A stretch of 64,000 nt of DNA. It comes from Sphagnum compactum. Its lineage: Eukaryota. Positions 26,491-40,004 of the stretch are shown here, in pieces (position 1 is the stretch's first letter; every line of letters starts with the position of its first letter). Made by a program: the position numbers and the translations under genes. The notes under the pieces are model-generated. The model worked only from the letters and a program-made list of their open reading frames with translations, was not told where the DNA came from and did no database searches. The stretch lies in NCBI GenBank assembly GCA_965153455.1, contig OZ234494.1, forward strand, positions 186,001 to 250,000, read 5' to 3'.

Positions 26491-29400
26491 CCTTAAGTGG
26501 AGGCTGCTGGCAGTAAACATGATATGCTTCGTCACATCTCTTGCAAAACATAAGTGTTTGGCTCTCCTGTCTGCTTGCACACCTATTGAGAGAAAGGAAT
26601 ATGCAACGCTCAGGTCTAAGTCACAAATCAGAAGAAGGAAAGAGACACATTACCCCACATTTCATCTCAGGTATGTCAGTACAAATTTCTGGACAAGCTC
26701 AGACAGTAGCACAAAAATCAACCCACGAGAAGTTTAGTAGAGCCAACCAGGTTAGCCAATTCTCAAGAGCCTGCTAATGGTTGCCACAGGTTTCCATCAT
26801 TTTTTATGTAAGAGGAGTGGCAGGTGGTTGTTCTAAAGCAAATTCTGGGACCAGACTTGGACATAGAATCAGTTGAAGTTCAGAGACACCTAATTGTTAC
26901 ACAAATCCATCTAACCTACTAAGGCTAGAAGCATTGAATCAATGATGACAATCATGGTGCTTTACCTCACAGCTGCGACAGGAACCACAAACCCACGAAG
27001 CCCAGTTGAAAAGATCTGCCAGCCAAGACATACATATATATCACATCATCCATCACCATGTGCAAGTCCAAAAGAAGTCTGACTACAGAACAACCTCATT
27101 ATGTAGTAACTGCAAATGGAGAAATTGAGTTATTCTCAAAATATACTCATCATATGCATCAAATGGAAACCAAGATAAATGTGCCCAGTGAAAAGTACAA
27201 CCATGAAAAAGCATGGAGCAGATTCAAGAGAACAAAAGACCTACTGTAATCCCCAAAAGGGGAAGAGACCAAAAGCAAGCCAGACATAAACCCCAACAAG
27301 GATAATGTGATTTTTGCACTGAGCCGAACTCCCCCACTGACTCCATCAGTCCCAAACAATAGGTACAGCATACCGACTTTTCTGTTAATAAATTGGCAAT
27401 ATGCAGGAGACACAGACTAAAGGAAGTTGAACACATCTATCAAACAGAGACCAAAAGAAGAAACAAACTCATTATTCACACAAAAGCATAGATATCTCTG
27501 TGACTAGAGAAGATCATTCCACCATACAATTACACCAATACTTGCGAATCTGGCCACAAAATCAAGTGCAGCCATAAACATGCAATTATGCCAAACCAAA
27601 ACCCTGATTGGGTTAACCAGTGCCATCTTCCAACATCAGTACATGTAGTGATGTAAAAGCAGAATTGTTGAGGTTTTTTTTTCTTACCCTGATAGTCAGC
27701 CCACTGCTTAATGCACTTGCGGTGATATTGTTTCTTGCAGGCCTGACAAGATAGCATTCGACCTGCCTTGGCACTGCCTATTGTTTCTCTGATGCCACAG
27801 AGACCACATGTCACTTGGGGCATGAGGCCCTCGGTCAACTCATCTTCGCCAAGTGGCTCACCAGAGCCATTTCTCAACACCATTCCAACTCCATCCCATG
27901 CTGCTAACTCAGTTGTCAACATGTCAGACTCTGCATCCTGTAACATGTGCCAGTTCTAGCATGAGTATCTCTGCATCTCAAGCATATCTCCAATGGCATC
28001 TAAATAACATTATTCCACATTGCTTGTTGGAGGGTCCAAGCATAATGATTGGGCATTTTGAGGGTCAATAGAGTTGCGACCACAGTTCAGGTAGAATCAA
28101 GTGGATCCTGCCTTCAAGCTCGTACACATGTGAGCAATTCTCAATCTCCGAAACAAGTGCTTCTCTGCAATGTTGGACTTATGAACCACATGTAGACACA
28201 AAACTTGAACCACCATAATTGTAGTTCTTGGATCTACATCAACCAATGACTCCTGGTTTCCCACTTCTCCAATCACAGGAAAGGACAAAATCAGTAGTGT
28301 TGTCAGCTTCTATTTCCAATCTGCACCTCTGTCCATATCTGTGTAGTCTTCAAAAATCAATGCTTTAGATTGAGCACAGTGTCAGGTTTTGGTGGAGCCA
28401 CTGTAAGCTGCTGCACATAGCATGACCTAAAATTTTACTGCTTCAAAATATGTGAACTGAAGAAGCTGGGTATAGCCAATTTACCTGTTGTATGGCAGCA
28501 GCATTCTTAACTTGCCCTGCATTCCTTCCACCATTTGCCACAGAAAGATCTGGTATCATAGGCCTCCTCCCCATTCTTTTTGGTCCCACATCTTCCCAAC
28601 CATTCCCAACGCCATTAACACCAGCAGGATAATGTTCGTGTGCTTTCTTGGGTTCCTCCCTGGGCAACCGGGGAACTAAGATGTCAACCATTCCCATGCC
28701 TCCGGCAAGCATGAGGTGGGGGTTTGAGAGCAGATGTTCCAACATGACAGCATTTTGGAGAAACCTCACTCTACCCTGCTGTGTTTGCAGTGGGACCCGT
28801 GTTCCTAGAGTGCAGTAACAAATTTTGAGGCTGCAATCCCCAAAAGAAAACCAGATTATCAGCACCTCCTCCCAAACTGCTCTGTTTTCACCCACTTACC
28901 AAAGCCTTGCAATCACCGAAACCCTAATTTCCAAAAACCCCACAGAATCCGATATCCAAATCAAAACAGCATCAGTAGACAGAAACATTTGCAAAACAGA
29001 GAAACTTGCGGTTGATCGATCGACGTAGAACGCCAAGAAAAGAGGGATGCAAAAACCTAATTCTAAAGGGAAGCTTCATGTGCGCCAATCTCATACAATC
29101 CCGCAATTGCCAACAGTTTGTAAAGCAAGAAAATTAACCAGGTAATAGGGCACGCCATATGGAAAGCCATATTGCGCTTTATCTGTCGTCGCTCCCACCA
29201 TCCGTCCCTCCGGTCCCTTGTCCCTCCCTCTCTGCGGCGCTAGTCACTCGTAAATAACTCCGTAAAGTCACCGTATGTTTGGCGTGTCATTGAAAGCTCC
29301 TCGACACACATCGCTGGAACAATCTCAACTAGGTACTTCATTACCTCCTTACGTACTTAATTGCATAACAGCATCGCGTTGTAGTGACTTGTTTGCCATG

Positions 29401-29499
29401 CAAAATGCTCGCATGTTTTGCACGACAAACACCGACCGTCGAGAGGAAGAAGAAAACGTGAAGTTAAAATAACTGACATAAACAATCTGCATTTCGAGA

Positions 29500-30460
29500 G
29501 CCTTAGCAGATTTCGTAAGGTACCCATCAGGCCAGGCACAGTACCTTACAGATTTCGTAAGGTACTTATAAGCGTAGGCACAGGGCCTAACAGAATTCGT
29601 AAAGAATTGGTAGAATTTTCTTTGTGTATGTGGAGGGTGTCTTACCTCCAGTACGATTTCCGCTTCAACAGAGGAGAAGGTTCCTTCTCCTTTGCAAACA
29701 AAATAGGAGCCAACAAAAATTCTACCAGACCTCTATGCTTGGTAAGGCCCTTGGGCAAGGGCAGACCCGGAATTCAGAGTCTGTTGGGCAAACTCCTCAG
29801 GCTGGTAACACCCCCATCCTTAGGCCTTACCGACCATCAGGCTAGTTGCAGGACCTTACAGATTTTGTAAGGTACCTGCTAGGCTAGTCATGGGACCATA
29901 CAGATTTTGCAAGGTACCCATCAGGCTCACTGGACCTTTCCAGATTGTGAACCGTACCCATCAGGCTAGTCACAGGGCCTTACACATTTTGTGACATACC
30001 CCCCAGACTAGTTATTGGACCTTTATAGATATGGGAAGGTACCCAATAGACTAGTCATAGGACCTTACATCTTTTGCAATGTTACCCACTAGGCTAGTCC
30101 ATAGAACCTTGAATATTTTGCAAGGTAACCCATCAAACTAGTTTACATGACCTTACATGTTTTGTATGCGAACTACCAGGCTAGTCACAAGATCTTATGG
30201 ATTTTTTAAGGTACCCACCAGGCTGTCACATGACCATACAAATTTTTGTGGGAGGTGCACGTCAGGTTGTCATAGGACCTTAACAAAATTTGTAAGGTGC
30301 TCTGTAAGGTTGTCAGAGGAACATTTTACAAGGAATTTTACAAATTTTGTGTAAGGTGCTTGTTAGGTTGACATAGGACTTTACAAGTACCTTACACATT
30401 TAGAGTGTATAGTTGTTGCTAGGATGTCATGAGACCTTTCTGGTTTTTGTGTAAGGTCCT
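29500..30460. repeat. Degenerate ~41-bp minisatellite with palindromic core
   Basis: Repeated ccttacagattttgtaaggtacccatcaggctagtcatagga-like units. Core CCTTAC-N7-GTAAGG. Interrupted by unique sequence at about 29606-29830. Confidence 0.85.
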
Positions 30461-31403
30461 ATTAGTTATTGTCCCCACTTTGAACAATTTCCATTTATTC
30501 CTTGCTTCTATCTGTCTCTCCCTGAACACAATTCAATTTGTATGAGAATTTATTTCTCTCTCTTGATCGTTTGACAAAATGAGAAAATCCAATTCAAGCT
30601 CAGAACGAAATTTTGCTTGCTTGCAAATTGCAACAAGTCATTAAATTTCACCAATGCTTAAAAATTCAATTTTCCAAGAGTGTACAAATACTGCTTAAAG
30701 CTTTCTTGCACTTGTGTTCTTTTACTTTCAGACATTTACCCTATTAAATGTTCAACACCATACCCCCTTCTCAAACACTTTTCAGTTCTTAGATAATAAT
30801 TACTAACATGACTTTTCTTCTAAATTTGAAAACAAAGCCTCTTAAGAATATTACAACACATTTAAGAACAAAACATATTTGAAAATCTCATCTCACATTC
30901 TTTTACTGTGAGCAAATTGAAATCGCACAGGGAGTTGTGAAACCCTAAATGCCAAATGTCAAGAGAGATTTGAATGTATGTTTTTGCCCCTCATTTGCTC
31001 AATGGCTTAGATTGCTTGGTCCTGTCAATTAGATTAAATGATGTTACCAACATGATGCTCACAAATCAGTCACAAAAAGCAGATTTCGTGTGTACTGATT
31101 GAGCACAGATTTGTCGTCAAACAAGGTTAATATCAAATAGACAAGAGGGCAATGAATTAGGATAACCCCACCACATAATTTCTACTGCATACCCATGACT
31201 CTATCAAAATTGTTTCAATGGCACTTGCAACAGCCATTGAATTTCCCCCCCACTTTGCTCATCTGGAAAGAGACAAGCTCCAGGTGTTGGCATCAAGATC
31301 TGCTAAAAGCTCCTTACTCATCATCTTTCCCAGCACATCTCAATGTGAGATATCCTTTAGCAGAACACTGAACATGTTCCAAATGAGTATGTATGCTGCG
31401 CAT

Positions 31404-32611
31404 TCAGTAATAGATGGTCTGAGTACGGTGGCATGGTGGAACCTTCTCTGATGCATTTGGCAATCCTGATCACCAAAGCCACAAATCCACATGCACACTC
31501 GGCACCTGCAAATTGCAGATTGTCCATAATGTGATGTTGGATGTGGAGAGAGAGAGCACAGAGAAAGAGGAGAGAGCAATTGCATAAAGGAGCCATTATA
31601 AGCACTCACATGATAAGACCAAAAGGGTCGGCTTAAAACTCTCACAGCCATTTGCCACATAACAAGCTTCAAACAAGAAAATCTTGTCAACCATTTCTAT
31701 GAAACTTTGAGGCTAAGTTCATGAGCTGGGAACTCTTCAACAGCAAATCTCTGCAATTTACTAATAGACAACAACAACAGTAAGCTCTAGGGAAATCTGT
31801 GGCTCTCTACAGCGTTCTCTTTGTGTTGCTTGCCCTCCGAAAAATTAAAACAGGCAGTCTTATAAAAAGTATACTTGGATTTTACAGCAAAAGGTGAAAA
31901 AAGCAGAGAATACTTTACCTGCTTCCCAGATTGAGCAGTCAGGTACTCCCACAACCACTCCACTGCAGTAATGCAGCATGTGCAAATCTCCACCTCCTCT
32001 TCAGAACCAGGAGTTAATTCCTGTGAAGTATCCAATACAGTAGCCAGTGTTGGACTGCATGTAAGAATTCCCTAGTGCTGCAGTACTGCAGGAACAACAT
32101 GATCTGCAAATACAGTGATGGATGCTATGTCCTTGAACTCCCCAAGATTCACCCCTTGAAAGCACCCCATACATCTGCCACAAAGATTTGGGCCATTTTG
32201 TAAAGAAAAACCTGATGGCCTGTATACACAATGATCTCGAAAACCTGTAATGTATCAAGATGAATAAGTCAGCAGTGAATATACACATTCTGGTTGGTAA
32301 GTAAAAAAGAAATCAAGAAACTGATCAATGAATACTACATAAATTCCTGCACAAAGTTTACAGCAAAGAGTGGGCAGAAGAGGGCTACAAATGGATGTTG
32401 TACTTGACCTAGACAACAAAAGATTGAACACTTGTATAGTTCCCACTGGAAACAGCAACAAGAGACAAGGGGAGGAACTGGAAGGAGCATATGCTTCTGC
32501 ACCACGAAAATGTTGAGTACGAATCTCATGTTGTGTAACTGCTGACCCCTTAGCGGCAGCTACAAGATTGACAGCTTGCCCATTGAACCACTGCAACAAC
32601 CCTGTGCCCAC
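31404..32611 (-). pseudogene. QNG1: Queuosine salvage protein (DUF2419/C9orf64) pseudogene, C-terminal exons
   Basis: VGTGLLQWFNGQAVNLVAAAKGSAV (32611-) ; FRDHCVY/GHQVFLYKMAQIFVADVWGAFKG*/EFKDIASITVFADHVVPAVLQH*GIL...PGSEEEVEIC (32246-31918) ; VPSVHVDLWLW*...HRTQTIYY* (31505-31404). Multiple stops and frameshifts. Confidence 0.88.
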
Positions 32612-33883
32612 CTACAAACCACCCCTTTAACCCTTACAACCCTGACTGGCTTAAATCAACAACCTATGTTCTCACAGTTCAAATAAGACCCCTGAGATGA
32701 CCTCTGTTGGCAACATGCTTTTGAAATGAAAATGAGCCTATATGGAGATACACTGCATGCAGCTTTCTAAGCATGTCAATAATCTTAAGCAGACATTGAT
32801 CAGCTGATGAGCAGCCTCTGGAATTTTGATGGACAAGGCCCAGAAGTGAAGGTTAAGGAAGTCTATTTGCATTCCAGCTGGAGCCTAAAGAAATTCAGCA
32901 AATGAAGTTCTTGAGTGAGTCCCAGAGACTAACCAATGATTTTTTCTCAACACCTTGGATGAACTCATCTTCCAAAAGGCCTCAAATCCCTCAAGCATTT
33001 AGTTGATTCAATTAGTTGAGACTTGGGACTGACCTTGTATGATGCCATGTGCAGTGACCAGATTTGTGACGTTCAACAAGGTGTGGAAAACATGCTAAGG
33101 GCTAAAGAGTTCGAGTCAGTGTTAAGCCTTCTGTGATACAGTAAGAGAAGTAGACATCTATCTCCATGCTTCTTATTGCAAGCATCAACAAGCTTTTTGT
33201 CAACCAGTTGTAAGGAGGACAAGGGATATTAAACATGCATTTTCTTTCTCTTTGTCAATTGATTCCTTGCAAGAACAGCACAATACAATGCTTGACCTAC
33301 CCTTTTTAGCATGTCAATTGAAGCTCCAATTTTGAGATGGTTGCTGAAGGAGAAGTGCACATCTTTAAGACCTGAAAAACTCCTCAGATAACAAAGGAAT
33401 GTACAATAGAAAGACTTTTCCACAGCCAAATTTCTCATCTCCCATTAGAGCCCAAAAATTTCATTGAAACAATAGGAATACTTCAAATCATGCATGCCCG
33501 AACATTCCAGACTTTGAAGCTCCCTGTGTATACCTACCCAGTGCGATTTCTGTGATGATTCTTCATGCAATGACAAAAAGTTGAGATGCCATGTGCATCT
33601 CACTCACTCAGTGTGTGAGAGAGAGAGAGAGAGACGAAGAGAGTTGCTTCCTAACAGTGGTGATAGATCAAAAACTATGAGCTCTACCTGAACTGTTTCT
33701 GTTGATGGAAGCCCTTGTTGACCATCCTCTCAACAGCACATCCTCTCAACATCAAGCAGGGGACTGTAATGAAAACCCTAAAATGTAGCTCAGATGGCAA
33801 CAATGTGCTGCTCAAGTTGTAGTCCACAATTTCAGAGGCTCTTCACATTTTGTCTCTGAGAATTATGAGTTACTTGATAGTGG

Positions 33884-36800
33884 TCAGGTCTTGTGGAGTA
33901 CATATTTGACCACCTCATAGAAGGACACAACAATGGCAGTAGAAGGTCCAGCTCGTCCAACTCTGGGCCCTACGCCCATGAATAGTCCCCTCACTCCTTG
34001 TTTTCTGCAACCCATTCAGGCATCTTTAGATGCTTAAAACCGGGAATCCACGAGTTCCCACTCAAAGCCTACTGGCAACAAAATGGGTTTCCTATTTGAT
34101 ACAAAATCCAGTCCAATAGAAAAGGGTTCTGAGTCAAAGTATTCTGAGTCAATCCACAAAATAGAGCTTGACAACTCTCCACCAGAATCTTAACTTACCT
34201 CCAGACGTCAAGTAAAGTTTGATAGGTGGTCATCCTCATGGCCTTTACTGGATCCTTCTGCAGAATGGCAAGAAAACAATAAATCAACACATTTCGGAGC
34301 ATGGTGAATAATTTGTAGTATAGACATCTAGATGTAACCAAGTGTAACCTTATGCCAAGAGCAAGCCACAACCACAGTGATGAGAGGAGCCAACAAAGGA
34401 GAAACCATAGGCATTCAGAAGGGACAAAGTAACACAGCAGCAAAGACGAAGCAAAAGTGAAAGTAGAAGAACAACCAATAATGCAAATCAAAGTTCACAA
34501 CCCACCTGCCCCAAAGAAATGATTGAATAGCAACCTTACAAACCATAGGAACAAACTTCAAATCAGGGCATGACATTGCCATTGCCATCAACCTCAAGCT
34601 TACAGCCTTCAACATTTTGTGCAGCAGCATTCGTGCTCAGCTTTTATGGGTGCTGATTTATGAATGGGAAGAGACACGGACCTCTATCTGACGACGTGTC
34701 TTAGCTACATCAAGGGGACAGGTGGCAGCTGCAGCAAGGCCACCTGCCAACACTCCTGCTGCAAAATTGGCTCCCAGTACACTGGAAACATTTGGCTCTG
34801 GTCCTGCTACTTCTAGTAAGTGACGCCGCACCTGCACCACAATGAAACTTGGTCAGAAATCTCATGATAACAAAATGCCACTCCACATCAAAAGGCATAT
34901 TTTCTATGCATTGAAACTTCATTCAACAAAGCATAGAGATGATGAGCTTACTGGCTCTAAAGTAGTCCAGCAAATGGCAGAAAATGGAACATCTCGAGCC
35001 AATTGTGCTCCCACTCCTGCCCATAGCATTCTTACTCTGTGCACTGTCCACCACAATGCCCCAATTCTCCTTTCAAATCCACTTTGTATTCACTTCCATA
35101 CACAAACCACTAGCATATTCAACATAACCTACAAAATCTTTGACATCAGGGATACAACCATAACCTTGGTGCCTGAAACCAAAAGACTTGTGATGTGGCC
35201 ACTGTCAATATTACTCTAGTCACTGCACAAGCATCTGGACCACCAGAACTGGGCCTTCAAAGTGGAAATAAGAAACGTACAGGAACCACCCCGTAACCCT
35301 TCAGTAGTTGAAAAGGCATTTTGTAGAACAGAAATTATTCCTGGTGGTGTTCCACCCCTCACCTCCTTCTGTGCCTGCAAAGTTGCAGCCAACCAAAGAT
35401 CAGTTTGTGTGAAGCAATGATGTGTGAGATACTTCAGTTCAAGTACCAGATGCAGGGGGGGAATGGGGAAGGACAAAACCTCCATAAGTACTGAGAACTT
35501 CTCCATACCTAGAATTAGAGTCACTTTAACATTGAGACATGATGTGAAAACAAGGTTACAGCAATTTCATATCTTACAATATATCAGCAAAGCAAAGAAC
35601 AAAAAGTACCTGCATCCGAGTCCTTGCAAGCTCCACTGGAGAGCATATGATGCAGGCAAGTGATCGTGCTATGGAACCCGCTGCTATGGGTGCATATGGC
35701 CTCAGATTCAACATGTGGTTGTCAAAATATGCCTCTATGGATTCCAGAAGGAAGTCATAACATGGCAAATAGATCCCCACCTGTCATGAGCATGAATTAT
35801 GACTATTTTGTGTCTCAAAACTGATATGAAATAACAACACTCTGAGACAGCATTTCTAGTGCACAACATAACATGCAATTTTCAAAACCATTCTTCTCTG
35901 GTGTAACTAGGATTTGTGTTGGCACACTTCATTCTTCCTTAAAAAGGTATAATCATGAACGACTAGGAACATATTGATTCAATGTATGGATCTCCAGGAT
36001 TCAAATTTCTTACAGTTGGTATTGCAATTGCAAGGGCAGGATTGAGGCCTGTCCAGAGCCGGAAAAAGCCCTCCTGCAAACACTGAACGATCTTAGGGTA
36101 GATGTCCAGTAGAAATACTTTTCCCATTAAAAGCTGCAAATGTCTGGAGAAGCTGTTTTCTTCTGGACTGTGCAAAGTTCATGTAGCCACAGGTAAAGGT
36201 AAGAATATTGAAGCTCACAAACCTGCCTTGCAATTTTATAAACCACATCCCAGGTGCCCTTGTACTGTGAGGCTCCAAGGGGTGGACATGCTGGTGCCAC
36301 ACCAACATTAATATATTGTGGACATGCAGGCAGACACCTTCCATCCACTGCTACCTGGTCACACAGTGAAAGATAGAAGTCATCAATATCGCAAGCTTAA
36401 CACCATTTTCTGCAAGCCACCAGGACTGATGGCATCTTCCAGAATTGAGAGCTTAACCTTCCTGTAGCCAGTTGAAGCATAGACCACACAACAAAAACCT
36501 CTTTCCTCTGGATCAGGTGACAACTCAGGTTGGATTCCCAGCTGAACAAACATGCTACAGATGCTTCAACTGTCCACTTCAAGCAAACATTGCAACAACT
36601 GCAGTTTTGCCTTTTAGTATTGTATTGTAATGAACATTTGGGGGCAAGCTATTTCTCAGCTAATTCAATCATTACCTTGCTAAAGGTTGGAAGTTCCATT
36701 GCACATGCCACTTGCTGGTGGTAGTTCACCCCTGCAGCTTGAGCTTGCAGCCTAGTCTGCAGGATACTCAAATCAATATTCTTATTAGCACCATGCTCAC

Positions 36801-37163
36801 ACACCATTGCCGATCAACTCTTTCCTCCCACAACCAGAAATGCATCAATTGAGCTTTTGAGCCACACAATTCAAAGTAGCACCTTCATGATTCTATCCCT
36901 GATCCATTTCAGGAGGTTCAACAATCACCAATTGCACATGGAATATAGTAGATTTGCTGTGAAGTAACTTCTAGCTAAGTGTTTTGGTGTAGAGATACCT
37001 TTGCAACATCCAAAGGATTGACAATCACAGCAGAAATGAAAGCAGCTCCAGCAGCAGAGATGGCCCGCTCCCTCATATCAAGAGATTTCGATCGAACATC
37101 TTCCATTTCCTTAGGGCCTGAATCCTTTCTGCTTGAACCCAAAATGCTTCTCAATCTCTCCAT
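33884..37163 (-). CDS. MTM1: Mitochondrial carrier protein MTM1-like (SLC25A39/40 family), 372 aa, intact
   Basis: Ten GT-AG exons: 37163-36999, 36756-36676, 36354-36223, 36073-36014, 35780-35610, 35374-35287, 35043-34952, 34831-34682, 34257-34199, 34004-33884. They sum to 1119 nt in frame. Three carrier motifs (PLDVAKTR, PVELARTR, PLDVAKTR) and RDVPFSA. Confidence 0.93.
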
Positions 37164-37660
37164 GATGTCAATCTCTCCTGCTCCCCTCCAACATGATGTG
37201 TATTCAATGTTGTGAACGACAATCTCCCCGCTCCACGTAAGTTGTATAGGGTAAATTTGTGATCATTGTTTCCAACACATCTTTGATTATCCAATGCCTG
37301 CTTTGCAGCTTCTGTGCTTGCGTGCGTTTCGAGTTTCTTGCAAAGATGATCTGGCGATTGTGGTGTCTGCTGCTGCTGGGAGTTTGCAAGCGAGAAGGAG
37401 GAGGAGGACAAGGAGGAGAAGAGAAGGAGAGAGAGACACACACACACACACACAAGGGCGAGCAAAGAAAGCGGAAGGGGTTTGCGTTGTTAGATGGCAA
37501 GTGTAAGGGCTGTTGTTGCTCTTCACCAGACGGCTGCAGGGGCTAGTTTGGCGTCGTTTAAGCGGACCGAAGGCCTGGGAAGCTTGATCTCATCAGCGGT
37601 GACACGCAGTAATGTCTCGTGTTCGTTGCGTCCAGGAATAATGTCGGCCCGCGAGAGAAG

Positions 37661-37669
37661 AAACCCTAA
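37661..37669 (+). promoter_or_regulatory. Telo-box (AAACCCTAA) in the GC-richer region upstream of MTM1
   Basis: Exact motif, with further ccctaa units to about 37700. Confidence 0.45.
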
Positions 37670-38329
37670 CCCTAACACTAGAATTGCCAACCCTAATCCT
37701 AGAATTCAAGACCTGATGACTATACACATTTAATTGTTTTGAATCAAAATCATCAGCGTTGGGCAGGTATTTGAATTTGTTCGTCAGAATGTTGCCTTGA
37801 CCACCCGACGGTTTGAAAGTCCAGTTTAACAAATCAATTTTCCTTTTCGCCAGCACAAGTAAAGCACCAAAACCTGAAAAAATTGTTGGCCATTGCAGAG
37901 AGTGGAAGATGACGAGGGAAACAGGAATGTTGCTTGATTTTTTCTTAGATGGTTCATTCTTTCATGTGTACTTAACATTGTGCTACTAAGATTACCCTGA
38001 GACAGACACAAGTGAACTCATATGAGCTTGCCATCAATTAGTCCCTGCAAGTATTGCAAAACTCTTGCTATGGCTTAGTTTCCTCCATAAAAATCATTAG
38101 ATTTAATGGCCAGGGATATAGTGTTGAGAATCATTATAGAGTATAAGTAGTAGCTTCAAGGGATTTTGCCCCCTAGAAACCAGGTGAGATGAGTCATCCT
38201 AATTTGTTTGTAAAAAGTTTCACATTCATCTTTTGACATTTTGTTTTCTCTGCCCCCTCCTCAAATGTGCACCCAGCCCCAGATGAGTAAACCCACAAAA
38301 CTTAAGATGAAACTATTTTCTCAAAAAAT

Positions 38330-40004
38330 GGTTATGGCACCTATCATACACAAAAATTCATAATTCTTTCAAAATGTGACACTGTGATTGAAAACATTCA
38401 AATACTCATGTCATGACAAAAAAAAATTTGGGTTTAAAATTTTAACAAATGTGAAAAATATATATGAAAAGAGAATATTTGAACACTTTTTTTTTTAGAA
38501 AAAAATCATTACATTTGAAAAAATTGAAAATCATGGTGCAACATTTCCCTATTGATTTTGGTTTAATATCAAAAATTTTAATATTTTGGTAAGTTCTAGA
38601 AAATGTCATCATTTAATGTTAGATTCTTTTGGGTTCCTCGTAACTAATGTGATATTAAAAATGAAAAAAAATCATGACAATGTTTTTTTACAACAACATG
38701 ATAATCTATCTATGAAGGAAGGGATGCTTCAAATCATGTTCTTGGTGTCTTTGGAAAGCTCTCAACAAGGAGGGGTGCATGGGCTTGGTTCCATGACATT
38801 TGGACTTGCCGTGCAAAAGTTCTTGAATATTGAATGATTTCTTCACTGAAAATTAAATTAAATCGTAGCAAAAAATTTCGAAGGAATTGGAATGTGCCTT
38901 TGGTGTTGTTGGAAAGATCTTGATGAGCAGGATTTAATGGAATTTATTTGGTAAGATTTGGATTCAAAATGTGGAAGATATTGATTTTAAAGTAATTTCT
39001 GCCGCTGAAAATTCAAATAAAATTCAAAAAAACCAGCTTTTGGAAGAACAAATCAGTTGAGAATGTGGTGACACTTGAAGGCTTACCATTCAAGCATGAT
39101 TTACTTTCATGTTTGGCTGTTCAAAAAATTGATACATGCTTGCAAAACAATGTTTACATGTTGAGTTTTCATATTTTGTAAATGGGTTCTTCACACTTGG
39201 GTCAACAGCAGAGGCACCTAGTGTACATTAAAACAGATTTGTTTTATAATTTCCCCTGGTGATGACCAATTTATCATACAATATCAATTGTTGATATTAA
39301 GTTAATGGTAGGGCCATTGTGTATAATGCACCTTGTTTCTCAGGGAAGTTGGGAGTGGAAGCTATTGTGAGCACAATGTCAGGATACTTAATTTTCTATA
39401 GGATATATTTTGCTTGGAACCTGAATCAGTGTGTTCAGGGTTTCAGCTTTTTGGGGAGAGGGATTGTCCAAAGGGAGTGGTTATGGTGTCCCAACTTTCA
39501 TTTGTGTACATGTTTTATTTGTATAACTTTTGTTGGCTCTGCCTTGTAAGGCAGGGATATTGTGTTGAGAATGCGATTGAAAACATTCAAATACACATGT
39601 CATGACAAGTCTTTTTTTTGGTTTGAAATTTGTACAAATGCGAAAAATAAATATGAAAAGAGAATATTTGATTTTATTTTTTGAGAATAAAATCATTAAA
39701 TTTGCAAAAAATTGAAAATCATGTTGCGACATTTCTCAGTCGGTTTTGGTCTGGTAATGTTTAGGTAGGTTTTTAGAACATGTCATCATTTATCATGAGA
39801 TCCCTTTTGGGTTTCTCACAACTAATGTGATGTTAAAAAATGGAAAACAGAGCACGACAATTTTCTTTTACAACAACATGATGATGTATAATAATATATA
39901 TATATATATATATATATATTCTCCTAGCTATGACCAATTTATCATACAATATCAATTGTTGATATTAAATTAACGGCAGGGCCATTGTGTATAACACACC
40001 TTGT
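38330..40004. mobile_element. Two tandem copies of a non-autonomous repeat (about 38330-39337 and 39479-40004); the second is internally deleted at a (TA)n tract
   Basis: 38385-38705 matches 39572-39885. The ~75-bp end atgaccaatttatcatac...gggccattgtgtataa..caccttgtt occurs at 39262-39337 and 39930-40004. Confidence 0.7.

Larger units (their letters stand above)
18229..29170 (-). pseudogene. Multi-PHD finger protein with C-terminal Tudor-like domain (At3g08020-like), frameshifted in exon 5
   Basis: Exons 29170-29139 (MAFHMACPITC), 28830-28485, 27937-27688, 27015-26966, 26582-26492, 25953-25865, 25554-25476 (GC donor), 25030-24948, 21445-21367, 20917-20069, 19982-19814, 19546-18859, 18361-18229. 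PHD Cys/His motifs and KRVEVFWP..WYQGTV..HYDDGEEE. Exon 5 is 91 nt between phase-0 junctions. Confidence 0.85.

Noticed and set aside
26162-26737. 191-aa ORF with 25-aa repeats
   Set aside because: By-product of the 75-bp intronic tandem repeat, antisense to the PHD gene.
28326-28414. Extra PHD exon (…FEDYTDMDR)
   Set aside because: Contains stops in the usable frames, and the flanking exons already join in phase 0.
29500-30460. CRISPR-like array of palindromic repeats
   Set aside because: The inter-palindrome sequences are themselves repeated rather than unique spacers, the context is eukaryotic, and there are no cas genes.
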